A stretch of 19,938 bases of DNA from Fibrobacterota bacterium (GCA_043753995.1 JAYUVP010000261.1:1-19938), one strand, 5' to 3'; counted from the first letter of the stretch, positions 1 through 10,943 are shown. Notes: generated by a model not told the origin, from the sequence alone. Program-made: numbers and translations.

Positions 1-1647
<1,647 letters not shown>

Positions 1648-1694
1648 TTAATACTCCTGGTTTCTGGTTTCGATTTTCGTGTTTGTTTTTGGAA

Positions 1695-1979
1695 TTAGAC
1701 GATGGCGAGAATATCGCTCTCGCGCATGATCAGAAGGTCTTTGCCTTCGACTTGCACTTCGGTGCCGCTATACTTGCCGTATAGGACAACGTCGCCGACC
1801 TTGACTTCGGGTTTCACGAGGGTGCCCGCGTCCGAGGTCTTGCCAGGTCCGGCGGCGATGATTTTGCCGCGCTGGGGCTTCTCTTTAGCATTGTCTGGGA
1901 TATAAAGACCGCCAGCGGTCTTTTCGGCGGCTTCGAGCGGTTCTACGAGAACGCGGTCGGCGAGTGGCTTCACGGCCAT
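1695..1979 (-). CDS. groES: Co-chaperonin GroES (94 aa)
   Basis: [12 protein letters not shown]...[19 protein letters not shown]...[17 protein letters not shown]...[10 protein letters not shown]. The start is ATG 1979, with SD AAGGAG at 1986-1991, rather than the ORF-track start at 2060. Confidence 0.99.
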   Translation of the reverse strand: MAVKPLADRVLVEPLEAAEKTAGGLYIPDNAKEKPQRGKIIAAGPGKTSDAGTLVKPEVKVGDVVLYGKYSGTEVQVEGKDLLIMRESDILAIV

Positions 1980-2053
1980 GATGGACTCCTTGATATTGAG
2001 CGATAACCCGCTCAGGTTGGTGAATTTCTGTTTAGCAAGACCTAGACCAAGTT

Positions 2054-2080
2054 TTAGCACTCTCGGTCGACGGCTGCTAA
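2054..2080. promoter_or_regulatory. CIRCE element (HrcA operator)
   Basis: TTAGCACTC-tcggtcgac-GGCTGCTAA versus consensus TTAGCACTC-N9-GAGTGCTAA: one perfect half-site, two mismatches in the other, exact 9-nt spacer. Lies between the promoter and groES. Confidence 0.93.
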
Positions 2081-2093
2081 TTGTCGCCGGGCC

Positions 2094-2122
2094 AATGTAT
2101 CACGCAAATAAGGCAACGTCAA
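2094..2122 (-). promoter_or_regulatory. sigma70/sigmaA-type promoter of groESL
   Basis: Minus strand: TTGACG (2122-2117), 17 nt, TACATT (2099-2094), with an extended -10 TGn. Predicted TSS near 2087, just upstream of the CIRCE. Confidence 0.8.
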
Positions 2123-2235
2123 GAAGAAGGTCCCAAAATTATGTCATCCTTTGTATTGTGCCCGAAGGCTTGTTTCATAGTGAAGCGGATCGGGGAGCTG
2201 GGCTTGTTTCATCCGCTCGGTTACCTTGGATTTTC

Positions 2236-3882
2236 GTGTCGTTTTTGAACCCCACCTTTTCGCGTCTCATCTCCCTAGCCCCCCGGCCCTCGCTGGTAGC
2301 GAGTCTCGGCTTGGCCATGCTCTTGGCGGGAGTTGAAGCCGTCTTTTTGATTGGTTTTCGCTGGGGTTTAACCGGAGCCACTTGGTGGGTTTTACCTGTT
2401 CTTCTGGCCTGTGCCGCCCTGCGCCTTCCTTTACAATGGGCCATGGCCGAGTCGGAGTCACGACGCGCCACAACCCTGGCTCGCAGGCTGCGCTTGCGTC
2501 TCCAGCAGGCCTTTCGTCGGCATCATGTCTCTTGTGAGTTACGAAACCTGCGGGTGACCTTGCGGGTGCTTCTCTCCTCGACCTTGCCGCGCGTCATCGA
2601 GGGCTCGCTGGCGGGACGCCAAGCTTTAGGCGCCTTCTTGCAATTGGCTCTGCTGATTCCCGTCGCCATTTGGGCGGCTCCCCGCGCGGCTTGGCTGTTT
2701 TTGCCCCTGGGCCTTCCCGCCTATGCCCTGGCGCGCTGGAAAGCGCGCACCCTTCGCCGTCAGGCCGCTGCCTTGCGTCTAGAAAGCGAGCAGGGTGAAT
2801 CGCAAATGGAAGCCTGGATTGAGGGTCTTGAAGGCCTGATGGCCAATGGCGCGCTCAGCCAAGCCTTGGGACAAGATCAAAGACAAACTGCGCGGCAAAA
2901 TCAATTGGAAGGGCAAAGCCGCGTGGCTCAGCAAGTCTTTCCCGCCGGGCTTGAATTTTTCTTTTTCACTGGCTTGAGTTTGATTGCCTGGTGGGCTTCT
3001 CGGGCCAGTAATCTTTGGGCTGAATCAACGGCGGGATTGCAGGATTGGGTGGTGCTGGGTGGCGCCTTGCTATTGACCTATAGGCCGGTGCGAGAATTGG
3101 GTCGTGCCTGGCCGCAGTGGGCGACGGGTCGAGCCATGGCGGGAGAAATCGAAAAACAAATTCAAGCCTGGCGTTCCTTGCCCATGCGGCGCAGGCCCGC
3201 CGCGGCCTCAACCTTTCCTTTGCCTGCACTTCAACTTCGCCAAGTGACTTTCGGCTATTCGCAATCCGATACCGCGAATGCGGATGTTTTCAAAGCTTGC
3301 GATTTGACCTTTCCCCTGCACCGTATCACGGGAGTGACGGGCCCCAATGGCGCCGGTAAGACCACGCTTTTACGGCTTTTGGCCGGCTTGGAATTACCGC
3401 TTTCGGGCCAAGTCTTGTGGCCGCCAAGTCTGCGGGATTACGGGAATGTCGCCTATTTACCGCAGAGGCTATGGTTGCCGCGCGAATTTTTGTCCCGCAT
3501 CGAGCAGCAGAAAAAAAAGCATTCTCAGCGCTATGCCGAACTCGACACCTTGCTAGGGACCTCAAACTTGCTGCGACGCCTCAATCTGGATGTCCGCGAA
3601 TTGTCGGGAGGCGAGCGTCAGCGTTTGGCCCTATTGCTCACCTTGCTTTCCGATTCGCCCTTTCTCCTTCTCGATGAGCCCACCTCCTTTTTGCCGGGAA
3701 AGGACCGCCGAAACTTGCTGTCGGCATTGCTGACGGTATGGCGAAATGCCGACGGCCCTGAGGCGCCGAGGCGCGGTGGCGTCGTCGTGGCGCATGAATC
3801 TTTTTTGCCCGAACTTTGCGAAGACATGTTGGAATTGCAAGCTCCCATGCTGCCAGCTAGAGTCGCGGCAGGGAACGAGTGA
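2236..3882 (+). CDS. ABC transporter, fused permease and ATPase (MsbA-like exporter architecture); start uncertain
   Basis: N-terminal hydrophobic helices, then Walker A GPNGAGKTT, Q-loop AYLPQ, signature LSGGERQR, Walker B FLLLDE, H-loop VAHE. The ORF-track start at 1978 overlaps the groES promoter, so in-frame GTG 2236 is taken as a plausible start. Confidence 0.85.
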   Translation: MSFLNPTFSRLISLAPRPSLVASLGLAMLLAGVEAVFLIGFRWGLTGATWWVLPVLLACAALRLPLQWAMAESESRRATTLARRLRLRLQQAFRRHHVSCELRNLRVTLRVLLSSTLPRVIEGSLAGRQALGAFLQLALLIPVAIWAAPRAAWLFLPLGLPAYALARWKARTLRRQAAALRLESEQGESQMEAWIEGLEGLMANGALSQALGQDQRQTARQNQLEGQSRVAQQVFPAGLEFFFFTGLSLIAWWASRASNLWAESTAGLQDWVVLGGALLLTYRPVRELGRAWPQWATGRAMAGEIEKQIQAWRSLPMRRRPAAASTFPLPALQLRQVTFGYSQSDTANADVFKACDLTFPLHRITGVTGPNGAGKTTLLRLLAGLELPLSGQVLWPPSLRDYGNVAYLPQRLWLPREFLSRIEQQKKKHSQRYAELDTLLGTSNLLRRLNLDVRELSGGERQRLALLLTLLSDSPFLLLDEPTSFLPGKDRRNLLSALLTVWRNADGPEAPRRGGVVVAHESFLPELCEDMLELQAPMLPARVAAGNE

Positions 3883-4553
3883 TGCCTTTTCGCAGCTTGA
3901 GGAAGTCCGGCGAAGTCCTCGGTGAAAGGCTCTTTCGCCATCGTGGATATTGGCTTTTTCTTCCTGTCACAGTTCTGATGATCTCGCGGCTTTTATCGCC
4001 GGCGCCATGGCGTGTGGAAGGCCTAGCCCTGCTGGCCATTGCCCTGGCCTTGCGATTCTGGGCCGGAGCTCATGTGGGAGCGCATACCAATGGTTCCAAG
4101 CCGGAAGGCCCGACCTTGGCCCTCACCGGGCCCTATGCCCATACCCGGCATCCCTTATATATCGCCAATGCTATGACGGCCCTCGCCTTGATGGTGAGCG
4201 CCAATAGCTTGTCCTGGCTGGGGTTTGCGGCCTTGGGTTTGACCGTGTTTTTCTTTTTTGCGGCCCTCGCTCTGGCCGAAGAAAAAGCCCTGCTTGCCTT
4301 GCATGGCGACGGCTTTCGCCAATACTGCGAACGAGTGCCCGCCTTGGGCTGGCGTTTTCTCCCGCAAAAAAAAGGTGGATTGAAATCGCGGAGCGATTGG
4401 CCTGGTTCGCTGAAACGCCAAGGCCGAAACGCTTTTTATGCCTTGGCCTTAGGGTTTCTTTTTTGGTTGGCTGCACTTTGGAGACCTGTCTTCCCCCATT
4501 TACAATCCCCTCCCATGCCGGTGCCAACTCGGGCTGAGGCCTTCACTCCATGA
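3882..4553 (+). CDS. Isoprenylcysteine carboxyl methyltransferase (ICMT/PEMT)-family membrane methyltransferase, LmtA-like
   Basis: Family motifs L-x-x-TGPYAHTRHPLYIAN and EEKALLALHGDGFRQYCERVPAL; several TM helices; N-terminal GERLFRHRGY. The start overlaps the ABC stop (GTGATG at 3879-3884). Confidence 0.85.
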   Translation: MPFRSLRKSGEVLGERLFRHRGYWLFLPVTVLMISRLLSPAPWRVEGLALLAIALALRFWAGAHVGAHTNGSKPEGPTLALTGPYAHTRHPLYIANAMTALALMVSANSLSWLGFAALGLTVFFFFAALALAEEKALLALHGDGFRQYCERVPALGWRFLPQKKGGLKSRSDWPGSLKRQGRNAFYALALGFLFWLAALWRPVFPHLQSPPMPVPTRAEAFTP

Positions 4554-4560
4554 GAGTGCG

Positions 4561-5877
4561 ATGAAGGAAAGCCTGTCCTATTTTGAAGCCGGGTGTTGGC
4601 TAGGTTACCGTCTCTTGCGTGTGACCTCGGCGGCGCTTGGCGGGCTGCTGACGGTCTGGGATGCTTTCTTCGGCCGCAACCTTGGGCGGGGCTTTCTACC
4701 TCCTTCCTGGGAAGCCCGCGCGCGCTTTTCTCAAGAGCCGGGAAGGCCAGAGCAAAACGATGTATTGTGGGCACATGCCGCCTCTTTGGGCGAAGCTGCT
4801 GGCCTTTTGGCATTACTTCGGCATTCGTCCTGGGTCGGACACTTGCTACTCACGGCGCAAACCGCTACCGGTTTGGAGCGCTTACGCGGTGCGGTTTCCG
4901 ATTTGGAAAGGCAAGGCTGTGGCGTGCGGGTTTCGGTCGCGCCTTGGGACCATGTTGGCATTGCGCGACGTTTCCTACGCGAGCAGGGAGTGAGCCAGCT
5001 TTTACTCTATGAAAGCGAATTGTGGCCCGGTTGGCTGGAGGCTGCCGCTCAGCAAGGCATACCCGCTTTTTGGGTATCGGCGCGTTGCGGAGACAAAGCC
5101 TGGCAAATGGCCCAACGCTTTCCGGGAAGCGCGCGCGCCTTGTTGAAAGACTTGACTTGGATTCAAGCCCGATCGCCCCTGGAGGCGGATCGCTTGCGCG
5201 CCTTGGCGCCCGGACGAGTCTCCGTGGGCATGGATGCCAAGAGCCTAGGTAAACCCGGGCACCCTTTTGAGGTTGCGAGGCCTCGGCCAGCGGGGAAAGG
5301 CCTAGCCCTTTATTGCCTTCACCGTTCCGATTGGAAGCGCATCAAACCCCAATTGCCATCTCTCATGGCTTTGGCTCCCATTTGCGTTTTGCCTCGTAAG
5401 CCTAAAGATTTCGCCTTTTTCCGGCGCGAATTGACGCCGCTTGGATTTGCCCTGCATAGCCAAGGCGGGGGAGAGGGGCATGTGCTTGTCAATGCTTTGG
5501 GTCAGGCGGACTTGTATTTGCGCCGTTGCCAAGTGGCCTATGTCGGAGGGTCTTGGAATTCCGTGGGCTGCCATGCCTTTTGGGAACCTTTGCGCCTTGG
5601 GCTGCAACTCGTGTCCGGTCCGCATTTGCATCAACAGCAGCCCTTGGCCGACCGGCTGCAAGAGTTGGGCTTACTGACGGTGTGGCAGCAAGGCGATTTG
5701 GTGACAACCTTATCCCAAGCTTTGAAAGGCGAGAGCTTCGAGGCCAATTGGCAGCGATTCTGGCGTGAAATGCAGGCCGAGCAGCAAGGTGCTTTAGCCG
5801 AATTGAGAACTTTTTTGGCTCCGGGAAAGGCAATCGAAGCGGTTCTTCGCCTGAAGGCCGAGCTATCTTTGCCTTAA
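4561..5877 (+). CDS. waaA: 3-deoxy-D-manno-octulosonic acid (Kdo) transferase, divergent
   Basis: WAHAASLGE (cf. WxHAxSVGE), TAQTATG, APWD, YESELWPG (cf. ETEIWPN), PRK, YVGGSW...GCHAFWEP...GPH; 438 aa GT-B organisation. Confidence 0.85.
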   Translation: MKESLSYFEAGCWLGYRLLRVTSAALGGLLTVWDAFFGRNLGRGFLPPSWEARARFSQEPGRPEQNDVLWAHAASLGEAAGLLALLRHSSWVGHLLLTAQTATGLERLRGAVSDLERQGCGVRVSVAPWDHVGIARRFLREQGVSQLLLYESELWPGWLEAAAQQGIPAFWVSARCGDKAWQMAQRFPGSARALLKDLTWIQARSPLEADRLRALAPGRVSVGMDAKSLGKPGHPFEVARPRPAGKGLALYCLHRSDWKRIKPQLPSLMALAPICVLPRKPKDFAFFRRELTPLGFALHSQGGGEGHVLVNALGQADLYLRRCQVAYVGGSWNSVGCHAFWEPLRLGLQLVSGPHLHQQQPLADRLQELGLLTVWQQGDLVTTLSQALKGESFEANWQRFWREMQAEQQGALAELRTFLAPGKAIEAVLRLKAELSLP

Positions 5878-5878
5878 C

Positions 5879-6820
5879 GTGAAAATCTTATTGGCTGCCC
5901 CGCGAGGGTTTTGCGCTGGTGTCGATCGCGCCATCAGCATTGTGGAAACGGCAATTCAGAAATTCGGTGCGCCGGTTTATGTGCGCCATGAAATCGTGCA
6001 CAATAAACATGTCGTCGATCGCCTGCGCGCCCAAGGCGCCATTTTCGTTGATGAACTTGAACAAGTTCCGGAAAAGGCGGTGGCCATATTCAGCGCCCAT
6101 GGCGTTCCGACCGCCGTGTATCAAGAAGCCGATCAACGCCATTTGGTGACCGTGGATGCCACCTGCCCCTTGGTGAAGAAGGTTCATACCTCGGTGCGCC
6201 GCCACAATCAAGGCGATCGCAGAATCATCCTGATCGGGCATGAAGGCCATCCTGAAGTCATTGGCACCATGGGCCAATTGCCCGATGGCGAAGTGATTTT
6301 GGTTGAAACCGAGGCCGATGTTGCTTCCCTCGTGGTGCCTGATGAAAATGCCTTGGCCTATACCACGCAAACCACCTTATCCATTGAAGAGACGCGGGGA
6401 ATCATCTCCGCCTTGCGCGCACGCTTTCCCAAAATCAATGGTCCTGAAAAAGGCGACCTCTGCTATGCCACCACCAATAGGCAAGCTGCGGTTTTAAAAA
6501 TGGCCCCGCATGTGGATTTACTCCTGGTGGTGGGCTCTCTCAATAGTTCCAATTCCAACCGTTTAAAAGAGCTCGGGCTAAGTCTCGGTAAGGCCAGTAA
6601 GCTCATTGACGGCCCCAATGATTTACGCCGCGAGTGGTTTGAGGGTGTACAAACCGTGGGCCTCACCTCGGGTGCTTCTGCTCCGGAAGACTTGGTTCAG
6701 GCCGTGGTGCGTTGGATACAAAACGAATACCCCGGATCGATTACGGAAGATTTTCTGGTGATGGAAGAGAATGTGCGCTTCTCGCTCCCGGAAAATTTGA
6801 TCGGCCCCAAGTCCACCTAA
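5879..6820 (+). CDS. ispH: 4-hydroxy-3-methylbut-2-enyl diphosphate reductase (LytB)
   Basis: PRGFCAGVDRAI, HEIVHN, FSAHGV, DATCPLVKKVH, GHPEV, TQTTLS, LCYATTNRQ, NSSNSNRL, GASAPE; the three Fe-S cysteines are present. GTG start. Confidence 0.99.
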   Translation: MKILLAAPRGFCAGVDRAISIVETAIQKFGAPVYVRHEIVHNKHVVDRLRAQGAIFVDELEQVPEKAVAIFSAHGVPTAVYQEADQRHLVTVDATCPLVKKVHTSVRRHNQGDRRIILIGHEGHPEVIGTMGQLPDGEVILVETEADVASLVVPDENALAYTTQTTLSIEETRGIISALRARFPKINGPEKGDLCYATTNRQAAVLKMAPHVDLLLVVGSLNSSNSNRLKELGLSLGKASKLIDGPNDLRREWFEGVQTVGLTSGASAPEDLVQAVVRWIQNEYPGSITEDFLVMEENVRFSLPENLIGPKST

Positions 6821-6850
6821 CCTTTCGCGATTTTTTCTGGGTGCCGATTC

Positions 6851-7915
6851 ATGTCGCCTCGCCATATTGCTTTTTTCTTGACGGGTCATGGTTTCGGGCA
6901 TGGCGTACGCGCCTCGGCAATCATGAATGCCTTACCCGCAAATGTCTCGATTAGCATTTTTTCCTCCTTGCCTTTAAGCTTTTTCCGCGAGGAATTGCAA
7001 AGAACATTCGAGCCTATTCCCTGTGAAATCGACTGCGGATGCATTCAGCCCGACACCCTACAGGTGGACCGAATCGCCACCTTGATGCGCTATGCTGAAA
7101 TTCATCGCGAACGAGACCAGACCATAGCCTTTTGGTCTCAAGATTTGCTTCGTCGCGGCGTCGATGCTGTGGTCGGCGATATCCCGCCGCTGGCCTTTCC
7201 CATTGCCCAGGCCGCGGGTTTGCCCAGCTTTGCCATCAGTAATTTCGCCTGGACCGACATCTACGCGCCCTATGTCTCCGCCTATCCCGCTTACACCTAT
7301 GTCTTGGAGCAAATGCGTCAGGACTATGCCCTGGCGACCATGCATTTGCGCCTGGAACCTTACCATGGTGGGGATTTGGGTCCGCCCAGCCATTCCCTTG
7401 GGCTTCTCGCGCGACGAGGGCAGGAGAGGCGGCAAGCCTTGGCGCAACGCTTCTCACTGAATCCGGAGGCGCGTTGGGGCTTGATCTATATCGGCAGCTA
7501 TGGATTGCCGGGAGTGAATTGGGCGCGCCTAGGTGATTTTGATGGCTGGCAATTTCTTGGCCTTTATGATTTGCCCGGAGCCGGACCTGAATATCGGCGT
7601 ATCGAAAAAACTCCCGATTTCGCCTATGCCGATCTCACGGCGAGTTGTGACATGATTTTGGGCAAATTGGGTTATGGCCTAGTCGGCGAGGCTTTGGCTC
7701 ATGGAAAGCCTATTGTTTTTCCCGGGCGAGAGCATTTTTCGGAATACGAACATTTGAAGCAGGTGGTGGAAAGTCGAGGTTTAGGGCGGGAAATCAGCCT
7801 TTCTGACCTCTTTCAGTTGAATTTACAGCCCTATTTGGACTGGGCTTCCGGGGTCCATCCTTTATCCGAGCCCACCACGGCCATACCTCGGATTCTAAAG
7901 CATTTAGGGTTTTAA
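6851..7915 (+). CDS. GT-B fold putative glycosyltransferase, similar to the N-terminal domain of plant L-arabinokinase
   Basis: [10 protein letters not shown] at the N-terminus, [52 protein letters not shown]. Confidence 0.75.
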   Translation: MSPRHIAFFLTGHGFGHGVRASAIMNALPANVSISIFSSLPLSFFREELQRTFEPIPCEIDCGCIQPDTLQVDRIATLMRYAEIHRERDQTIAFWSQDLLRRGVDAVVGDIPPLAFPIAQAAGLPSFAISNFAWTDIYAPYVSAYPAYTYVLEQMRQDYALATMHLRLEPYHGGDLGPPSHSLGLLARRGQERRQALAQRFSLNPEARWGLIYIGSYGLPGVNWARLGDFDGWQFLGLYDLPGAGPEYRRIEKTPDFAYADLTASCDMILGKLGYGLVGEALAHGKPIVFPGREHFSEYEHLKQVVESRGLGREISLSDLFQLNLQPYLDWASGVHPLSEPTTAIPRILKHLGF

Positions 7916-7995
7916 GCTCGATCCCCTGCACATTTTGGCCTGAGTTTTGTAAACTTTTCCCCCTCTCAAGAACAGCGAAGAGGTCGAGGTTTATC

Positions 7996-8226
7996 ATGAG
8001 CCGCATTTGCGAAGTGACCGGAAAAAGACGCCAAAAGGGCAATCAAGTGTCCCATGCGATGAACCATACCCGTAAGTTCTTCGAAGTTAATCTTCAGAAG
8101 AAGCGCTTCTGGTTGGCCTCGGAGAAACGTTGGGTGACCTTGCGTGTTAGCACGGCTGGCATTCGCTATATCGCGAAGAATGGCCTCGAAGCGGCTTTGA
8201 AAAACGCCGCATCCCTGAACGCATAA
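7996..8226 (+). CDS. rpmB: 50S ribosomal protein L28
   Basis: [10 protein letters not shown]...GNQVSHA...[30 protein letters not shown] upstream; single Cys (non-zinc-ribbon form). Confidence 0.98.
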   Translation: MSRICEVTGKRRQKGNQVSHAMNHTRKFFEVNLQKKRFWLASEKRWVTLRVSTAGIRYIAKNGLEAALKNAASLNA

Positions 8227-8275
8227 CCTGGATGGACGCCTAAGCGCGTCTCCTGTCAACGCATTGGTTTCTTTG

Positions 8276-8309
8276 AAAAAGCTTCTCCTGGGAGAGGCTT
8301 TTATTTTTT
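8276..8309. terminator. Probable bidirectional intrinsic terminator between convergent rpmB and the TPR gene
   Basis: AAAAAGCTTCTC-CTGG-GAGAGGCTTTTATTTTTT: hairpin with an A-run on the left and a T-run on the right. Confidence 0.8.
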
Positions 8310-8332
8310 GTTTTGTCCGGTTGCATTTTGAA

Positions 8333-10102
8333 TCAAGGCGCTGATTTCAGACCGAGTTCGATCAAATCCTCCCATTCCTTGCTCCTTAATCCCATGAGGT
8401 CGGCTTGACGATAAAGCGCTTCGGCAAGCTTTGGCTCGTCATCGATTTTGGCGAAATGGGCTGACCAAATCAAAGCCAAATAGCTCTTGGGATTCTCTCC
8501 TAATAAAAAAGACAAAATGGATTCGGCCATGTCGTGCTCGCCTTCATTGCGATAGGCACGGGCACGATTGATCAAAACCGACTCTTGCTCGCTTCCAAGA
8601 TCGATGGCTTTCTGCAAGGGCTCGGCCGCAGCTTTCAAGTCAGGGACAAGGGCCAAGCTATTGCCAAGGCTTTCCCAGGCGGCGCGATCCTCAGGGTTGA
8701 CTGCAACAATTCGGCGCAAGCAAATGGCGGCTTCCCCGTATTCCTTCGCGGCAATAGCCGCCTTGGCTGCATCCCATTCGGCAGCCAGGCCGGCGGCTGC
8801 CCCGGAAGTGGGCTTGGGTTTAGCCATTAATTCCGCGAGAGCGGATTTGGCTTCACGATCGCGGCAGGCGGTTAAATCCTGGGCGGCTTCCACATGCGAG
8901 AGGAAAACCAGGGGATCGCGCTTGCGCACCTGTAGCCAGTGGCGACAGGCGTCGACAGATTGACGAGCCAAGCTATAACCGCGGGCCAGCTTTGCCAGCA
9001 ATGTCACAGGCGAATGATTCAGGTCGACATTGGCCTTGAGTAGAGTGAAGTGCTCTTGGATCTGGTCATCGCCATTTAGCGCGGACAGGAGAATATCGGT
9101 GAAAACAATATTTTGTCGGTGCTTTGCGATCAGAGGGAGAATTTCGCGATAGGCGCAAGCCGTATCCCCACCTTGCAGGCAAGCTTGCGCTAGGCGAAAA
9201 TGCCAATCCGGATTTTCACTTTCCAATTGTGCCGCAGTTTCAAGGGCAGCCCGAATCGAGGCCTGATCACCCGACGCTTGAAAAAGGGCCAAGGCGCGTG
9301 GACCCATTTCCACGGCTTGGGGATATTGGGTCCAAAGCTCCATCCAAGTTTCGGCGGCCCGGTGCTTCTCGCCCAGCCTTTCCAATAATCGAGCATGTTT
9401 CGCCGTCAGGGTGCTATCCCGAGGATGCAAGTTACGGGCACGGCGCAGCAACCCCTCCAGGTCACCTAGCCTGCCGCCTAATTCAAGATTTTCCATCACT
9501 TGTTTGACGCGGACCGGGTCCTGAATCCAGGCGGCCTCTTCTCGCAGGTAGGCTTCTGAGGCTTGCAGGGCCTGTCCTGCAGCGGCATAGGCGGCAGCCA
9601 TTTCTAATCGTATTCCAGCCTTGTCAGGAAAGATTTCCAAATAGCGGCGAAAATGTTCGCCCTTGGCCAAGTCACCGGAAGGCAATTCCCTGCCGGCGCG
9701 CAAGTGAAGGCTGGCGGCTTCATAGATCTCGCCTTTTCTTTCCATGCATTCGGCATAGAGGGCGAGAGCCGTCGCCGAGGGGCGGTTGATGCGGCGCACC
9801 AGAATTAAGGCCTGCTCCCACTGTCCCTGATCGAAATGCAAAATGGCTTGGGCTTCCGTGAAGCGGGCATCGCTTTCACCCCATTGCTCGCGCTGTTTCA
9901 AGGCCTGCATGAGAGCCGCGGTATCCAATCCGGCATATTGCCTGAGCAAAACCGCGGAGACAGCTTCTCGCAAATTTTCTTCGGGGGTGGGCGTGGTGGC
10001 GGCGGCGAAAATCGAATTCGCTTTGGAACCCAATAAATGGGGAATGCCTGCCGACATCAGCAAGGCAAAGGCAGTGCGACCCCATATCGCGAAGAATGGC
10101 AT
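8333..10102 (-). CDS. Tetratricopeptide-repeat protein, probably exported
   Basis: 589 aa Ala/Leu/Glu-rich helical protein with TPR-like segments (e.g. YGEAAICLRRIVAVNPEDRAAWESLGNSL, AAEPLQKAIDLGSEQESVLINRARAY); hydrophobic N-terminus. Start uncertain. Confidence 0.8.
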   Translation of the reverse strand: MPFFAIWGRTAFALLMSAGIPHLLGSKANSIFAAATTPTPEENLREAVSAVLLRQYAGLDTAALMQALKQREQWGESDARFTEAQAILHFDQGQWEQALILVRRINRPSATALALYAECMERKGEIYEAASLHLRAGRELPSGDLAKGEHFRRYLEIFPDKAGIRLEMAAAYAAAGQALQASEAYLREEAAWIQDPVRVKQVMENLELGGRLGDLEGLLRRARNLHPRDSTLTAKHARLLERLGEKHRAAETWMELWTQYPQAVEMGPRALALFQASGDQASIRAALETAAQLESENPDWHFRLAQACLQGGDTACAYREILPLIAKHRQNIVFTDILLSALNGDDQIQEHFTLLKANVDLNHSPVTLLAKLARGYSLARQSVDACRHWLQVRKRDPLVFLSHVEAAQDLTACRDREAKSALAELMAKPKPTSGAAAGLAAEWDAAKAAIAAKEYGEAAICLRRIVAVNPEDRAAWESLGNSLALVPDLKAAAEPLQKAIDLGSEQESVLINRARAYRNEGEHDMAESILSFLLGENPKSYLALIWSAHFAKIDDEPKLAEALYRQADLMGLRSKEWEDLIELGLKSAP

Positions 10103-10221
10103 ATCCGAGGGTATCCCGTTACCACAACAATAATCAAGGGCTAGGGGAGGCGAGCGGGGGAGTTTTCCGCGTAAGAGCCCGTCGAAATCAATCGGCGATT
10201 AAATGCCGATCGTGTCCAACT

Positions 10222-10866
10222 CTAAGCAGCGAATTGAGCGAAGCGCAAAACCTGGCCATGCACGCTTTCCAAGGCACGCACGGCTTGGTCCATGGCCAAG
10301 TCCTTGTCTTGATAGCGTTTGCGAAGGCAGGCGCAAAGGACTTCGCGCAAAACCAGGCAATCGTAGGCCGCGCGATGCAAATCGCCTTTACTCAGGGAAA
10401 TACCGGTTTGTTCGCCTAGTTTACGCGCCACTTCGCCGAGGCGATGCGAAGCATATTCCGGCAAAATTTTGCGAACGATTTTCAGACTGTCGATAATGGG
10501 ATTTTGCGGCATGACCAAACCATGTTTGCGTACGGCCTTGGCGATAAATGCCGAGTCGAAAGAAGCATTATGGGCGACGAGTATGGGCGAAAGCCCGCAG
10601 AAGCGGAGAAAATTCTGCAAGACGCCTTTGAGGTCGGGCGCGTCTTCCACCATGGCATTGGTAATGCCGTGTATGCGTATGGCGTCATCGGGAATGAGCT
10701 TGGTGGGCTTGGCCAAACTGCTGAAAGAACCGATTTCCTTGGTGACGAGTTTTCCGTCCTTGCGCTCGAAGGTGAATTTGCTTCCCGCGATTTCAATGAT
10801 GTCTTCGCGCTCGGGTTCGAGGCCGGTGGTTTCAATATCAAAAGCCACCATGGTGACAAAGCTCAA
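10222..10866 (-). CDS. DEDDh 3'-5' exonuclease (DnaQ/PolC-exo family)
   Basis: ExoI VAFDIETTGL, IHGITN, ExoII VAHNASFD, ExoIII HRAAYD. TTG start preceded by AGGAG at 6 nt. Confidence 0.92.
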   Translation of the reverse strand: MSFVTMVAFDIETTGLEPEREDIIEIAGSKFTFERKDGKLVTKEIGSFSSLAKPTKLIPDDAIRIHGITNAMVEDAPDLKGVLQNFLRFCGLSPILVAHNASFDSAFIAKAVRKHGLVMPQNPIIDSLKIVRKILPEYASHRLGEVARKLGEQTGISLSKGDLHRAAYDCLVLREVLCACLRKRYQDKDLAMDQAVRALESVHGQVLRFAQFAA

Positions 10867-10943
10867 GGCATACTCCTAAGGGATCGGGATTCCTAAATGG
10901 CGAATCAATACCTGCTCTGAATTTGGGCAGGCGAAGGGCAAAA

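Noticed and set aside
1978..2235. N-terminal extension of the ABC ORF, and the groES extension to 2060
   Set aside because: These extensions run through the groES SD, CIRCE and promoter; the region is better explained as non-coding regulatory sequence.
3511..4373. A8 runs at 3511-3518 and 4366-4373 as phase-variation tracts
   Set aside because: Short runs of Lys codons in intact frames, with no evidence of slippage.
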